64,000 nt of DNA from Malacoraja senta. Lineage: Eukaryota. The notes under the pieces were generated by a model. The model made no database searches. It was not told the origin of the DNA and worked only from the letters and a program-made list of their open reading frames with translations. Below, piece by piece: positions 36,337 through 47,892 of this stretch (the first letter of the stretch is position 1; every line of letters starts with the position of its first letter). Position numbers and translations under genes: made by a program. The stretch is from the NCBI GenBank assembly GCA_038087875.1, contig CM075989.1:21144001-21208000 (forward strand). The letters are read 5' to 3'.

Positions 36337-36802
36337 AGGGCCTGTCCCACGGGCATGCGACTCCATGCGGGAAGCGCTACCAAACCGTAAGTGGAGGCCG
36401 CGCGGGTGCCGCGCAGAGGTCGAGTGATCCCCGTACAGGGCCGGTTCCACCAGCATGCGGCTGCATGCGGCAAGTGCTACCAAATCGTAAGCGGGGGCTG
36501 CGCGGAGGTCGAGTGACGTCAAGACGGTGCGTACGGCGGCGAGGCGGTGCGCACGGCCTCGTTGCGGCTGCGTCCGGCGTCGAGGCCGTGCGCGCCGCAT
36601 CGAAGGCTGCGCGGCAGCAGGCCGTTGCCGGACGGAATTTTTGAACACGGTCAGTTTTTCGGAGCCCTGCGCGATGTCGGGACCAGCTCCGCACAACTCC
36701 ATACGGCTCCGGCGATCGAAGTGGGACCGGCCCCCGCACGGCCCCCGCTTGCGGTTAGGTCGCGCTTGCCGCATGGAGTCGCATGCCCGTGGGACAGGCC
36801 CT
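36337..36802. mobile_element. PIF/Harbinger-type MITE (family E), GC/CpG-rich, inside a minus-strand SINE head (36258-36838)
   Basis: Perfect 34-bp TIR AGGGCCTGTCCCACGGGCATGCGACTCCATGCGG; TAA at 36334-36336 and 36803-36805; uninterrupted SINE copies have a single TAA here (GCTGTAAGGCAG), confirming a 3-bp TSD. Confidence 0.93.
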
Positions 36803-36867
36803 TAAGGCAGCAACAGAGTCGCTGCGCCAATGTGCCACCTCCAAACGCTAAATTACAATTGTTGAGA

Positions 36868-37097
36868 TAATAGACAATAGACAATCGGTGCAGGAGTAGG
36901 CCATTCGGCCCTTCGAGCCAGCACCGCCATTCAATGTGATCATGGCTGATCATCCCTAATCAGTACCCCCGTTCCTGCCTTCTCCCCATATCCCCTGACT
37001 CCGCTATCTTTAAGAGCCCTATCTAGCTCTCTCTTGAAAGCATCCAGAGAACCGGCCTCCACCGCCCTCTGAGGCAGAGAATCCCACAGACTCACCA
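36868..37097 (-). mobile_element. CR1/HER1 LINE 3' fragment
   Basis: UTR of the 22181-type subfamily with (CTATTGT)n tail. Confidence 0.88.
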
Positions 37098-37358
37098 CAG
37101 ATGGGACAAATAAGATAGTTAGCTCACTTTACCCTCTGCCGATCATGGCGCTGCCTTGCCCGGTGTTCCTGATCTCTATCGTTTAACTCCACCATGTAAT
37201 TCTTCCAAAGAGGATGATTCATTGGGAAAATTAAAAATTAAAATTAAAATTAAAATTGAGGAATAACCAAAAAAAAAATCGACATTAATTTGGTCACCAA
37301 ATTAAAAAAAAAATCACAGCAAGTAAATGATTGTGAATTACAGGTGTCAAAAAGAAAA

Positions 37359-37672
37359 TGGCTCGGTGGTGCAGCGGTAGAGTTGCTGCCTTACAGCGCT
37401 TACATACCGGGTTCGATCCCAACTACGGGTGCTGTCTGTACGGAGTATGCACGTTCTACCCGCTTCCCGCGTGGGGTTTCACCGAGATCTTCAGTTTCCT
37501 CCCACACGTCCAAGTTTGTAGGTTAATTGGCTTGGTATGAATTTAAAATTGTCCCCAGTGTGTGTCAGATAGGGGTCAGTGTGCAGGTAATCACCGGTCG
37601 GCACGGACTCGGGCGGGCCGAAGGGCCTGCTTCCGCGCTGTATCTCTAAACTAAACTCTAAACTAAACTAAA
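37359..37672 (+). mobile_element. HE1-like SINE
   Basis: Full length. Confidence 0.9.
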
Positions 37673-38566
37673 AACCGCGGAAAGGGTTAAGTGTTCATGA
37701 AATGTGAAGGCTGTACGTTTCTGTCTCCAAGAGTCTAATCAATCATGGGCTTTCATGAGCTGCGGAGATTTAAAAACAGCTGTAATCTGCGGTCATTGTG
37801 GAAGGAGTAGATTGTTTGGCAAACTATTACCATAACTGTCAGCCGAAATCAGAAAAATCATCTCATCTTGCTGGACAGATGTGTTTCCTGCATTATTGAT
37901 ATGGCCAGCTAGAGGTAATAGAGAAATATAAAGCACAGCTCTATTTACAAAAGTAGATTGTCTGAGTCCTTGGGAGTGTGTGAGGGGACAGACAGTGACA
38001 GGAAGTGAGACAAATTCATCTCAGAAATTTCCTGTGAGGTCACATGATCCGAGAAGTCCACTCATGCAATTATTTTTCCCGCTATTTACTGCATATTGGG
38101 TCCAGTTTTTAATCTTTTCTCTCCCTTGCCAATTTTTCACCACCAATTTTCTCCTGCTCGCCACCCCCACCCTCCTGTGGAGGTGTTGTCTGGGGTTAGT
38201 TCCAAATCACTCAGTGCTTTCTCTCACCAAAAGCCAAATGACCGTTATCAGTGTAAGTCCTGACTTAGAATTCACATGCAGCCGTTCCCCTGAGATAGAT
38301 GTTTTTTTTGTGTTTTTTTTTAAGGTATAAAAAAACAGGAACTTAGAATAAGAACTTGGAATAGGAAACTTCTTGTTAGATATAGCTCTTAAGGCTAACA
38401 AAATCATGGGATATGGGGAGAAAGCAGGAATGGGGTACAGATTTAGGATGATCAGCCATGATCATATAGAATGGCAGTGCTAGCTTGAAGGGCCGAATGG
38501 CCTACTTCTGCACTTTGATCCTTAGTATATCAGTGTTCTGGAGAGCTTCCCACTACCCTTGCATTG

Positions 38567-38830
38567 AAGACGTCAACGGTGGAGCAGGCGGAGGATGATG
38601 GCTGACTTTAGTGGAGCGTCACAACGGCTGGGAAGGCGGATGAAGGCTGCAGCAGAAAAGGGTCCCCAGTCGTCTCGGACTCCATGCCACTGGATCTTGA
38701 CCCAGATCTGTCAAGGACAGTGTGGTGGCTGTCTGTGCACCAGTCTCTCCACGCCAAACAAAGTCACGCACAGGCGTCCTTCATGAGAGGACAGCCGTAC
38801 TCGTTTCGAGTGACCGCCGATGATGATGAT
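38567..38830 (+). mobile_element. Short retroposon with (GAT)n tail, probably RTE-derived
   Basis: TSD CCTTGCATTG at 38557-38566 and 38831-38840; ends CGAGTGACCGCCGATGATGATGAT; CCAGTCGTC..TGCCACTGGA recalls RTE 5' UTR/MAR1-type motifs (from memory). Confidence 0.7.
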
Positions 38831-39051
38831 CCTTGCATTGCCCCTCGGATCTCTCAGCCCTGTCTGAATTCCTTTTAACAAATAGTTAATATCTCTTTCC
38901 TCATAACCCTTCACCATAGATCGGTTTGGGAACAACTCTACCCAAGATCGCAAGAGTTGTGGATGTAGCCCAGTTCAGCACACAGGCCACGCTCCCCACC
39001 ATCGACTCCAGCTACACGTCACGCTGCCTTGGGAAAGCAGCAAACATAATC

Positions 39052-39239
39052 AAGGTACACAAAAATGCTGGAGAAACTCAGCGGGTGCAGCAGCATCTAT
39101 GGAGCGAAGGAAATAGGCAACGTTTCGGCCCGAAACGTTGCCTATTTCCTTCGCTCCATAGATGCTGCTGCACCCGCTGAGTTTCTCCAGCATTTTTGTG
39201 TACCTTCGATTTTCCAGCATCTGCAGTTCCTTCTTTAAC
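39052..39239. mobile_element. Penelope-derived fold-back element, perfect palindrome
   Basis: 39052-39206 has perfect 77-bp inverted arms centred on 39129; ACATAATCAAGG at 39044-39055 and 39240-39251. Confidence 0.9.
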
Positions 39240-39292
39240 ACATAATCAAGGACCATTTTCAACCAGGTCATTCCATCTTCTCTCCACTGTGA

Positions 39293-39570
39293 GTAGGAAG
39301 GAACTGCAGATGCTGTGTTAAACCAAAGATAGACACAAAAAGATGGAGTGGGCTACGTTTCGGGTCGAGACCCTTCTTGTTAGGGCGGAAGATACAAAAA
39401 GCTTGAAAGCACTTACCAGCAAACTCAGGAATAGCTTCAGTCTGAAGAAGGGTCTCGACCCGAAACGTCACCCATTCCTTCTCTCCATAGATGCTGCCTC
39501 ACCCGCTGAGTTACTCCAGCTTTTTGTGTTGACCTTCGATTTTACCAGCATCTGCAGTTCTTTCTTACAC
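39293..39570. mobile_element. Penelope-derived inverted pLTR pieces with intact hammerhead core
   Basis: CTGAAGAAGGGTCTCGACCCGAAACGTC at 39442-39469. Confidence 0.82.
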
Positions 39571-39786
39571 ACAGCTTATTCCCCTCTGTTATCAGACTTC
39601 TGAACGGTCCTTCTGAACGGTCCTTCAATAAGTTAGAGTATAGTTCTGATCTTCCAACCTACTTCATTACGTACATTGGGCTTTTTCTCTGCTATACTAC
39701 AATGCTGAAAACTATATTCTGTACTCTAGTATTTTTTCTTTGCTCTACCTGTTTTGCATGTCTTTTGCTTGATTGTGTTCATGTCA

Positions 39787-40092
39787 CGGAGCAGAATTAG
39801 GCCATTCAGCCCATCAAGTCTACTCCGCCAGTCAATCAGGGCTGTTCTATCTTTCCATCTTAACCTCATTCTCCTGCTTTCTCCCTATAACCCCTGACAA
39901 ATAAAACTATCCATTGACTTGGCCTCCACAGCCTTCTGTGGCAATGAATTCCACAGATTCACCATCCGCTGACTAAAGAAATTCCTCCTCCTTCCAAAAG
40001 GAATATCTGTTAATTCTGAGGCTATGACCTCTGGTCCTAGATTCTCCCATTAGTGGAAACATCCTCTCTATGTCTGCTCTATCCAGGCCTCC
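39787..40092 (-). mobile_element. CR1/HER1 LINE 3' fragment
   Basis: Reverse complement of CR1 C-terminus and UTR. Confidence 0.85.
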
Positions 40093-40190
40093 TGTACAGG
40101 AGTATTTGATTTTATAGGACAGCACACAAATAAGAACCTTTCACTGTACCTCAGTACATGGGACAATAATAAACCAACAACAATACAAAT

Positions 40191-40569
40191 CTCCCGGTGG
40201 CTCAGCACTTCAACTCCCCCTCCCATTCCGAATCCGACCTTTCTGTCCTGGGCCTCCTCCATGGCCAGAGTGAGTCCCACCGCAAAATGGAGGAGCACCA
40301 CCTCATATTTCGCTTGGATAGTTTACACCCCAGCGGTATGAACATTGACTTCTCCAATTTCAGGTAGTCCATGCTTTCTCCCTCCTTCCCCTCCCCTTCC
40401 CAGCTCTCGCACAGCCCACTGTCTCCGCCTCATCCTTTCTTCTTCCCCGCTCCCCACCCCCCACCCCACATCAGTCTGAAGAAGGGTCTCGACTCGAAAC
40501 GTCACCCATTCCATCGCTCCATAGATGCTGCCTCACCCGCTGAGTTTCTCCAGCTTTTTGTCTACCTCC
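40191..40569 (+). mobile_element. Penelope-like element 3' end: GIY-YIG endonuclease C-terminus, UTR, pLTR
   Basis: 40191-40367 translates as LPVAQHFNSPSHSESDLSVLGLLHGQSESHRKMEEHHLIFRLDSLHPSGMNIDFSNFR* (PLE endonuclease HF..H/R..E/P.G.N motifs; not in the ORF track); hammerhead core at 40476-40503. Confidence 0.9.
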
Positions 40570-41629
40570 AATACGAAGTAAAATCCAGCTCAACAATGGG
40601 AAGAGATGTTCGACTCAAATATCAGAAAGCCAAATTATTCCAGTTTTGAGAAAAATAACACATCCTATACTTCCTTGTAATTAATGATCTGTAAATCAAT
40701 TACAGAAATACGCATCATGGAAATGTATAATTTCCACAAATGCATTTCTATTAGCGGCTTTGTTAATTGCAGCAAAAAGAAAAACTGCACCCTACCATTT
40801 TTTTTTTGTCGAGGAATTTCGCCACAGTGAATGTGCATAACCTGTGCTGTGTGTTAATTAATTACAACTGATGTGAGCCGCTGAGCAAGTGTTTGCATCT
40901 GCCGCAGATGTAATGCGCATTAAACAACTCTTTTTCCATTAACAGATACGAAGTTTATCTCACAAACGCGCTGCATGTTGCTTCACCCCCTTCGGGCAAC
41001 TGTCAAAATATGTTGATAATGCCGCCCCCACCTCACCAGTCCCCCCATCCTACTGTGAGTTTCTGCTGCTCCTTTCCAAGCCTCTTATGTCTGCAAACAC
41101 TTACCGAAATGATCAGAGTAGAACTATCATTATTGCAGCTCCCCATTAGCTTGTATTTAATGAAACTTTTAGCTTCTTTAAACATAATAGATTTAAATGG
41201 GATCAATAAATAATGCATGAGCCTAAATTACTTTAAACACATCTTTGCAAATGTACAAGATGTCAATTGTCATTGCTCTGCGATAGAACTCTTAACTCTT
41301 GTCTGTCCATATTGTTTGTTAATGTGGAATTAAATCAATAAGGGTTACGCTTTTACTACCTCCAGGGAACAACTTGGACATTGTGACGTTTCATCTACTT
41401 TTGTTGGTTGGTTGGTTGCATTGGTCCATAATACTGAACCTCTGCCACTAGGTTCATAAGGTCAAAAGGAATAGGAGCAGAATTAGGCCACTCGGCCCAT
41501 CAAGTCTGCTCCGCCATTCAATCATGGCTGATCTATCTCTACCTCCTAACCCCATTCTCCTGCCTTCTCCCCATAACCTCGAACACCCGTACTAATCAAG
41601 GTTGTGGTAAGTTTATCGAGTGGCCTAAG

Positions 41630-41920
41630 AGCGGCGCAGTGGTGCAGCTGGTAGAGCTGCTGCCTCACAGTGCCAGAGACTCCGGTTCGATCCTGACCTG
41701 TGCGGAGTTTGCACGTCCTCCCTGTGACCAAGTGGGTTTTCTCCAGGTGCTCCGGTTTCCTCCCACACGTCCAAAGATGTACAGGGTTGTAAGTTAATAG
41801 GCTCTGGTAAATTGTAAATTATTCCTAGTGTGTAGTGTGTGCCTGTGTATGGGGTGATTGCTGGTCAGTGCAGACTAAGTGGGCCAAGGGGCCTGTTTCC
41901 ACACTGTATCCTTAAAGTAA
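41630..41920 (+). mobile_element. HE1-like SINE, preceded by a minus-strand CR1 UTR (41455-41600)
   Basis: Head, core, TAAAGTAAAG tail. Confidence 0.85.
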
Positions 41921-42309
41921 AGAGACGGGCAAATGCTGGTTAAAAAAAATTGTTTCATTTACCGTCATATATTCTCAATAAAAAAATAAAATTACTTTTT
42001 TATTAATTAAATTAAAACTAATGGGAAATGTACAAATCCATTAATCCACTAATGGGGATCATTGAACACAGTTAGGGAATTCCCTACACCCACTTTAAGA
42101 TCAAGGAAATAACATATACATTTAAAGATGTAAATCAAAGTGGAAACAATTTGGAAACTGCATTCTTCCATGGAAAAATGCCCTTTCATCCAGCTCATCC
42201 ATACCGACCAAGGTGCCCGATCTCAGAACCTGTTTAATTATTTATTTATCTGCGTTCCTCCATCTTGGCACTGATCCACATCACGTCCGCTGACCTCGTA
42301 GCGAGAAGG

Positions 42310-42900
42310 ACTAGAAGGTGTGAGCTATAGGGAGAGGTTGAGTAGGCTGGGTCTCTATTCCATGGAGCATAGGAGGATGAGGGGAGATCATATAGAGGTG
42401 TATAAAATCGTGAGAGGAATAGATCGGGTAGATACACAGTCTTTTACCCAGAGTAGGGGAATCGAGGACCAGAGGACATAGGTTCAAGGTGAAGGGGAAA
42501 AAATTTCATAGGGATCCAAGGGGTAACTTTTTCACACAGTGGGTGGTGGGTGTATGGAACAAGCTGCCAGAGGAGGTAGTTGTGGCTGGGACTATCCCAT
42601 CGTTTAAGAAACATCTATAAGATTATCCCTCAACCTCCTCCACTGAAAGGAATAAAGTCCTTGCCTCCCCAACCTCTCTCTCTACTTCAGGCCCACAAGT
42701 CCTGGCAACATCCTCATGAATCTTCTCTGCACTCTATCCAGCTCGATGACATCTTAAACGTCGCTAATTCCTTCTCTCCATAGACGCTGCCCCACCCGCT
42801 GACTTTCTCCAGCATTTTGTGTCTGCCGACATCTTTCCCAAAGCAGGGTGACCAAAATGGAACACAATACTCCAAATGCGGCCTCACCAACATCTTGTAC
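42310..42900. mobile_element. Opposed CR1 fragments (+ 42310-42605; - 42615-42900, with a Penelope-derived insert)
   Basis: Plus strand LSYRERLSRLGL...RGDHIEVYKI; minus strand [18 protein letters not shown]. Confidence 0.85.
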
Positions 42901-43061
42901 AAGATACATTTTCAGAAGCACCCACTCAGGTTGAAGGTACTGGGCCCAATTAAAGATGCTGTTGATTTAAACAAAGCCTGAAGAATGGCCCTGACCCGAA
43001 ACATTGCTTACCTGTTCCCTCCACAGATGCTGTGTGATCTGCTGGGCTACTCCGATACTTA

Positions 43062-43387
43062 TGGGCCTGTCCCACTTACAGGACTTTTTTGGTGACTGCC
43101 GGCACTCGTCATAGGTCATTGCAGGTCGCCGGAAATTTTCAACATGTTGAAAATCCAACGGCAACCAGAACAAGGTACGATTCTTTGGGCGACTACATAC
43201 GACCATACAGGTTCGCCCCGCGACATGTCGCCAGGGTGCCGCCTGTATGGTCGTGAGCAGTCTCCTCAGTCGCCCAAAGAGTCGTAGCGTCATTCTGGTC
43301 ACTGCTGAATCTTCAACGCGTTGAAAATTTTCGGCGACCCGCTACGACCTATGTCGCCGAAAAAGTCGCATAAGTCGGACAGACCCA
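43062..43387. mobile_element. PIF/Harbinger-type MITE (related to family A)
   Basis: TIRs TGGGCCTGTCCCACTTA / TAAGTCGGACAGACCCA; TTA at 43059-43061 and 43388-43390; interior shares ACGCTACGACTCTTTGGGCGACTGAGGAGAC (inverted) with 1068-1447. Confidence 0.9.
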
Positions 43388-44197
43388 TTAGTGTTTTGCT
43401 GTTGATTTGTTCGGACAGGCAGCATCTCTGAGAGAAGAAAAAGGGGTCTGAAGAAGGGTCTCGACCTGAAAAGTCACCCATTTCTTCTCTCCAGAGATGC
43501 TGCCTGGCCCGCTGAGATACTCCAGCATTTTGTGTCTATCTTTGAAGTGATTTTGGAATGTGAAGTCAGGTGAAGGGATACAGGTGGAAGGGGGCAGGAG
43601 ACAGGAGGGGAGGAATAGAGGGAGAAATGGGTGCGTATCCAGATGCGGCTCAGTGAAGATGCGGGGGAGAAAGCGGAGAGAAGGTGTGTTTGTTGGTTAG
43701 TTACCTAAAATTGGGGAATTCAGTGTTGCTTCCATTACCTGCAACGATTCATAACAGCAAACAATTGTTTGTGTCTTGAGTTTATGCTATCTACTTCAAC
43801 AGCGGTGAAACATAGCCAGTCTTGTATGCTATCTATTGACGAACAGCGTTGTAGATAAACAATTGACTATGAAAAAAACATATTCAGCGTGAGGTGAAAT
43901 CTTTCAGTGTACAGGGTTCATGCTGAGGTTATCTTTCTCCATTGATGGTATCTGTTAATAACCTCTGGTGAAGCTTTGCTCTACAGGTTCTACCTCAATT
44001 GCGCATTACAAACATCTCGGTAATATTCTGGCCCCAGCGCCTCAAACGCATAATGTGAGACGATAGTTCTGTTTAGCAAAAAAAAACACATTGAAAGGAA
44101 TGATTTAGCAGTTTGAAAAACCTTGACTTGACACAGCAGAGTGGAGCTTGAAAATGAATTGGACTTGTTGATGGAGTACTTTTCTTCTATTTATTTT

Positions 44198-44645
<448 letters not shown>

Positions 44646-44851
44646 AACCAATTGCTTTGCTGAGGTGACATTAATGTTTAGCACAAGATGATGATCGAAG
44701 AACCGTTACACTTCCAGTAATGCTGTCTGTTTGTGTTAATCACATTTTGATTCCTAGTTTAAAGCAATAATAATGACTTCACAAAGACACCGTGGGATGC
44801 TGAGTATCTGAATGTTAAACACATGTGTCTGAGATTTTTCTTCCTGCTACC

Positions 44852-45380
44852 AGAGCTGGTAGAGCTGCTGCCTCGCAGCGCCAGAGTGCCGGGTTCGATC
44901 CTGACATTGGCAGCTGTCTGTGTGGAGTTTGTTCGCTCTCCTGGTGACCGCACGGGTTTCCTCCAGGTGCTCTGGTTTCAAGCCACTTTCCAAAGAGTCA
45001 AGTTTGGCTAACACTATCCTACACACACTAGGAACAATTTACAATGTGGGAGGAAACTGAAGATCTCGGAGAAAACCCACGCAGGTCACGGGGAGAACGT
45101 ACAAACTCCGTACGGACAAGCACCCGTAGTCAGGATGGAACCCGGGTCTCTGGCGCTGTAAGGCAGTAGCTCTACCACTGCACCACGGTGCGTGGGTTTT
45201 CTCTGGGATGCTCTGCTTTTCTCCCACACTCCAAAGACATACAGGTTTGTAGGTTAATTAGCTTCGGTAAATTGTAAAATTGTCCCTGGTGTGTGGGAGA
45301 GTGCTGGATTACAGGGTGATCGCTGGTTGGCGCAGAATTGGTGGGCCGAAGGACCTGTTTTCAAGCTGTGTCTCTAAAGT
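44852..45380. mobile_element. Cluster of three HE1-like SINE pieces (+, -, +)
   Basis: 44852-45000 +, 45010-45190 -, 45187-45380 +. Confidence 0.8.
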
Positions 45381-45517
45381 CTTAATCTGACAGATAATTG
45401 TCTGCTGTAACTTGCCCCTGCTGTGGGTAGGTAGTCGGAGCTATGAGACAAGGGCTTGTGAAAGAGAACAGGCTAACGGGAATAAGCAGGGGAATGGAGA
45501 ATTATAAGGGAATTGTG

Positions 45518-45960
45518 TCGGAAGGAACTGCCGACGCTGGTTTTTTAACCAAAGGTAGACACAAAATGCTGGAGTAACTCAGCGGGACAGGCAGCATCTC
45601 TGGAGAGAAGGAATGGGTGACGTTAGGGTCGAGACCCTTCTTCACCCTGAAACGTCACCCATTCCCTCTCTCCAGAGATGCTGCCTGTCCCACTGAGTTA
45701 AGGGCCTGTCCTACCTTCACGACCTAATTCATGACCAATGCCGAGTTTACCCTTGACTCATACTCGCAGCATGGTCGTCACGAGGTCGCAGGAGGTCGTA
45801 GGTAGGTCGTAGCAGGTTGTGATGCTAGTCGTAGATACTCGTGGCATCAAGTAGGTCGGGGCGTTTTTTCAACGAAAAATGTCCACGAGTAAAAAAGGTC
45901 GTGAATTAGGTCGTGAAAGTGGTACAGGCCCATTACTCCAGCATTTTGTGTCTACCTTCA
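45518..45960. mobile_element. Penelope-derived fold-back element hosting a MITE
   Basis: The pLTR motif GAGTTACTCCAGC is split at TTA by the MITE. Confidence 0.82.
45701..45932. mobile_element. PIF/Harbinger-type MITE (family B, copy 2)
   Basis: TSD TTA at 45698-45700 and 45933-45935, confirmed by the host motif; similar to 5092-5318. Confidence 0.92.
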
Positions 45961-46469
45961 ATATCAGGGAATTAACAGGTTTGCTCTGATGGACTCAGTG
46001 AACGAGAGGACTTCCTTCTCTGTCGTGAGAAATATAAATACATCAGGAGCAAGCTATATGTTTAACGATCTGTGGGGAAATGGCAGGAGACTGGAAGCCA
46101 GGCTAAAAGGAAATCCAAATGTTTATAAAGATATATAAATAGAATAAATAGTAAATTATGGTAAAGGATGGGTGGAGACCACTGTGGAGTAGAACGGAAA
46201 TCTATGCATGGAGGTTTGAGAGGTACTAAATAGGCGCTTGGTATTGCCGTTATCATGGGAGATATTTGAGATGCCGGTTCAATTAAAATGGAGAATGATA
46301 AAGGAGGTGAAAGACTGCACTTGAATTAGACTAGTTAGCAAGTCTGGAGAGTATTAGTCTTCCCAGAGAAAGTGAGGGTGGATATTGGAGTGGGACTGGC
46401 CACTTCCTTCCTTCGATACCTCGTGGTGCAAATCTCACATCCACATTCAACACTTTTGGAATGCACAGA

Positions 46470-46737
46470 GGCACAGCTGTAGAGATGTTGCCTTACTGAG
46501 ACCCAGGCTTAACTCTCACCTCGGGTGCTGCCGATACGGAGTTTGTACGTTCTCCCTGTAACCGCATGGGTTTCCACCCACACTCCAAAGACGTACAGGT
46601 TTGTAGGCCATTGGCTTCGGTAAAGATTGTAAATTGTCCCTAGTGTGTTGGATGGTGTGCGGAGATCGCTGGACAGCGCAGACTAGGTGGGCCGAAGGGC
46701 CTGTTTCTGTGCTGTCTCTAAACTAAACCAAACTAAA
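46470..46737 (+). mobile_element. HE1-like SINE
   Basis: Degenerate head, core and tail. Confidence 0.82.
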
Positions 46738-46861
46738 GGGTCAAGTCTCCAGGTCCCGTGTTCTTAAAACAAGGAGCTGGTGAGATTGTTGAAGTTTTGG
46801 TTTTAATTTTCAAAATTACCTTCTTCCTTTGAGTTAAATCGAACAATAGCAAATGATCAAT

Positions 46862-47268
46862 AGTTTAGTTTAATTTAATTTAGTTTAGAGATACAGCGCT
46901 GATACAGGCCCTTTGGCCCACTGAGTCCGCACCGACCAGCGATCCCCGCACGCTATCACTATCCTAGTCACACAAGGGAAATAAAAGAAAAATTATACCA
47001 AGCCAATTAACCGACAAACCCGTACATCTTTTGAGTGTGGGAGGAAAACCGATCTTGGAGAAAACCCATGCAGGTCACAGGGAGGATGCACAAACTCCAT
47101 ACAGACAAGCACATAGTCAGAATCTAACTGTCCTCAACGCTGCTAAGTTTCAGTGCTGATTAAAGATGTGTTTAAATCATATACTGTCTCTGGTGCTTGT
47201 TTACATGGTGTCAGAAGTGGGATGCGAACCCACGCCTCCAGTTAGCCCTACCGCTGCGCCACCATGCC
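46862..47268 (-). mobile_element. HE1-like SINE with its B-box region replaced by a foreign insert (~47125-47247)
   Basis: SINE runs from the tail to AGTCAGAATC and resumes at CTACCGCTGCGCCACCATGCC; about 34 nt of SINE are missing. Confidence 0.85.
47206..47240 (-). pseudogene. tRNA-Leu 3'-half copy including CCA (PBS plus extension)
   Basis: Minus strand TGGAGGCGTGGGTTCGCATCCCACTTCTGACACCA matches the vertebrate tRNA-Leu(CAA)-type 3' end as I recall it, with one mismatch. Confidence 0.85.
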
Positions 47269-47279
47269 GGCGAAGTCAC

Positions 47280-47510
47280 TGACAGAGAAAATGCTTCAAG
47301 GATATTTTCCAAGCCTCCCTGGAAAAGGACAACATCTTGACAATCGTTGGCCACAAACAGCGATAGGAATGCACAGCATCCCACTGCCACACTCATCCCC
47401 CCCAACACAACCTGTCCTACCGGACGCAGAGTTTGCAGATCCTGATTTTCCAACCTTCTCGGAATTAGAAAGGAAAGGAAAATTGTCCTTGACTCACTGG
47501 GACTACATAA
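47280..47510 (+). mobile_element. Degraded RTE-clade LINE C-terminal fragment
   Basis: Translates QRKCFKDIFQASLEKDNI, similar to the RTE motif GQRKRFKDTLKASLK. Confidence 0.55.
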
Positions 47511-47675
47511 GAAGATCCAACATCTCTGGAGAACAAGGATAGGTGACGTTTCAGGTTGGGACTTTCCTTCAGTCTGAAGAAGTGTCTAAAGTCCTTTAGA
47601 CTTTATAGATACAGCACAGAAACAGCTCCTTTGACCAACCAAATCTGCGGCGACCAGCAATCCCCCTACCCATGT

Positions 47676-47892
47676 GAAGGAAGGAACTGCAGATGTGGGT
47701 TGAAACCAAAGATAGACACATAAAGGTGGAGTAACTCAGCATCTCTGGAGAGAAGGAATGGGTGACGTTTCGGGTCGAGACCCTTCTCCAGATACCAATC
47801 CACGTTCTCCAGAGATGTTGCCTGACCCGCAGAGTTACTTGAGCGCATTTTGTCTTTATTTTTAAACCAGCATCTGCAGTTCCTTGTTTCTG
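47676..47892. mobile_element. Penelope-derived fold-back element
   Basis: Inverted pLTR arms. Confidence 0.78.

Noticed and set aside
36111..36953. Many overlapping 90-170 aa ORFs
   Set aside because: Caused by stop-codon scarcity in a GC-rich MITE; no protein motifs.
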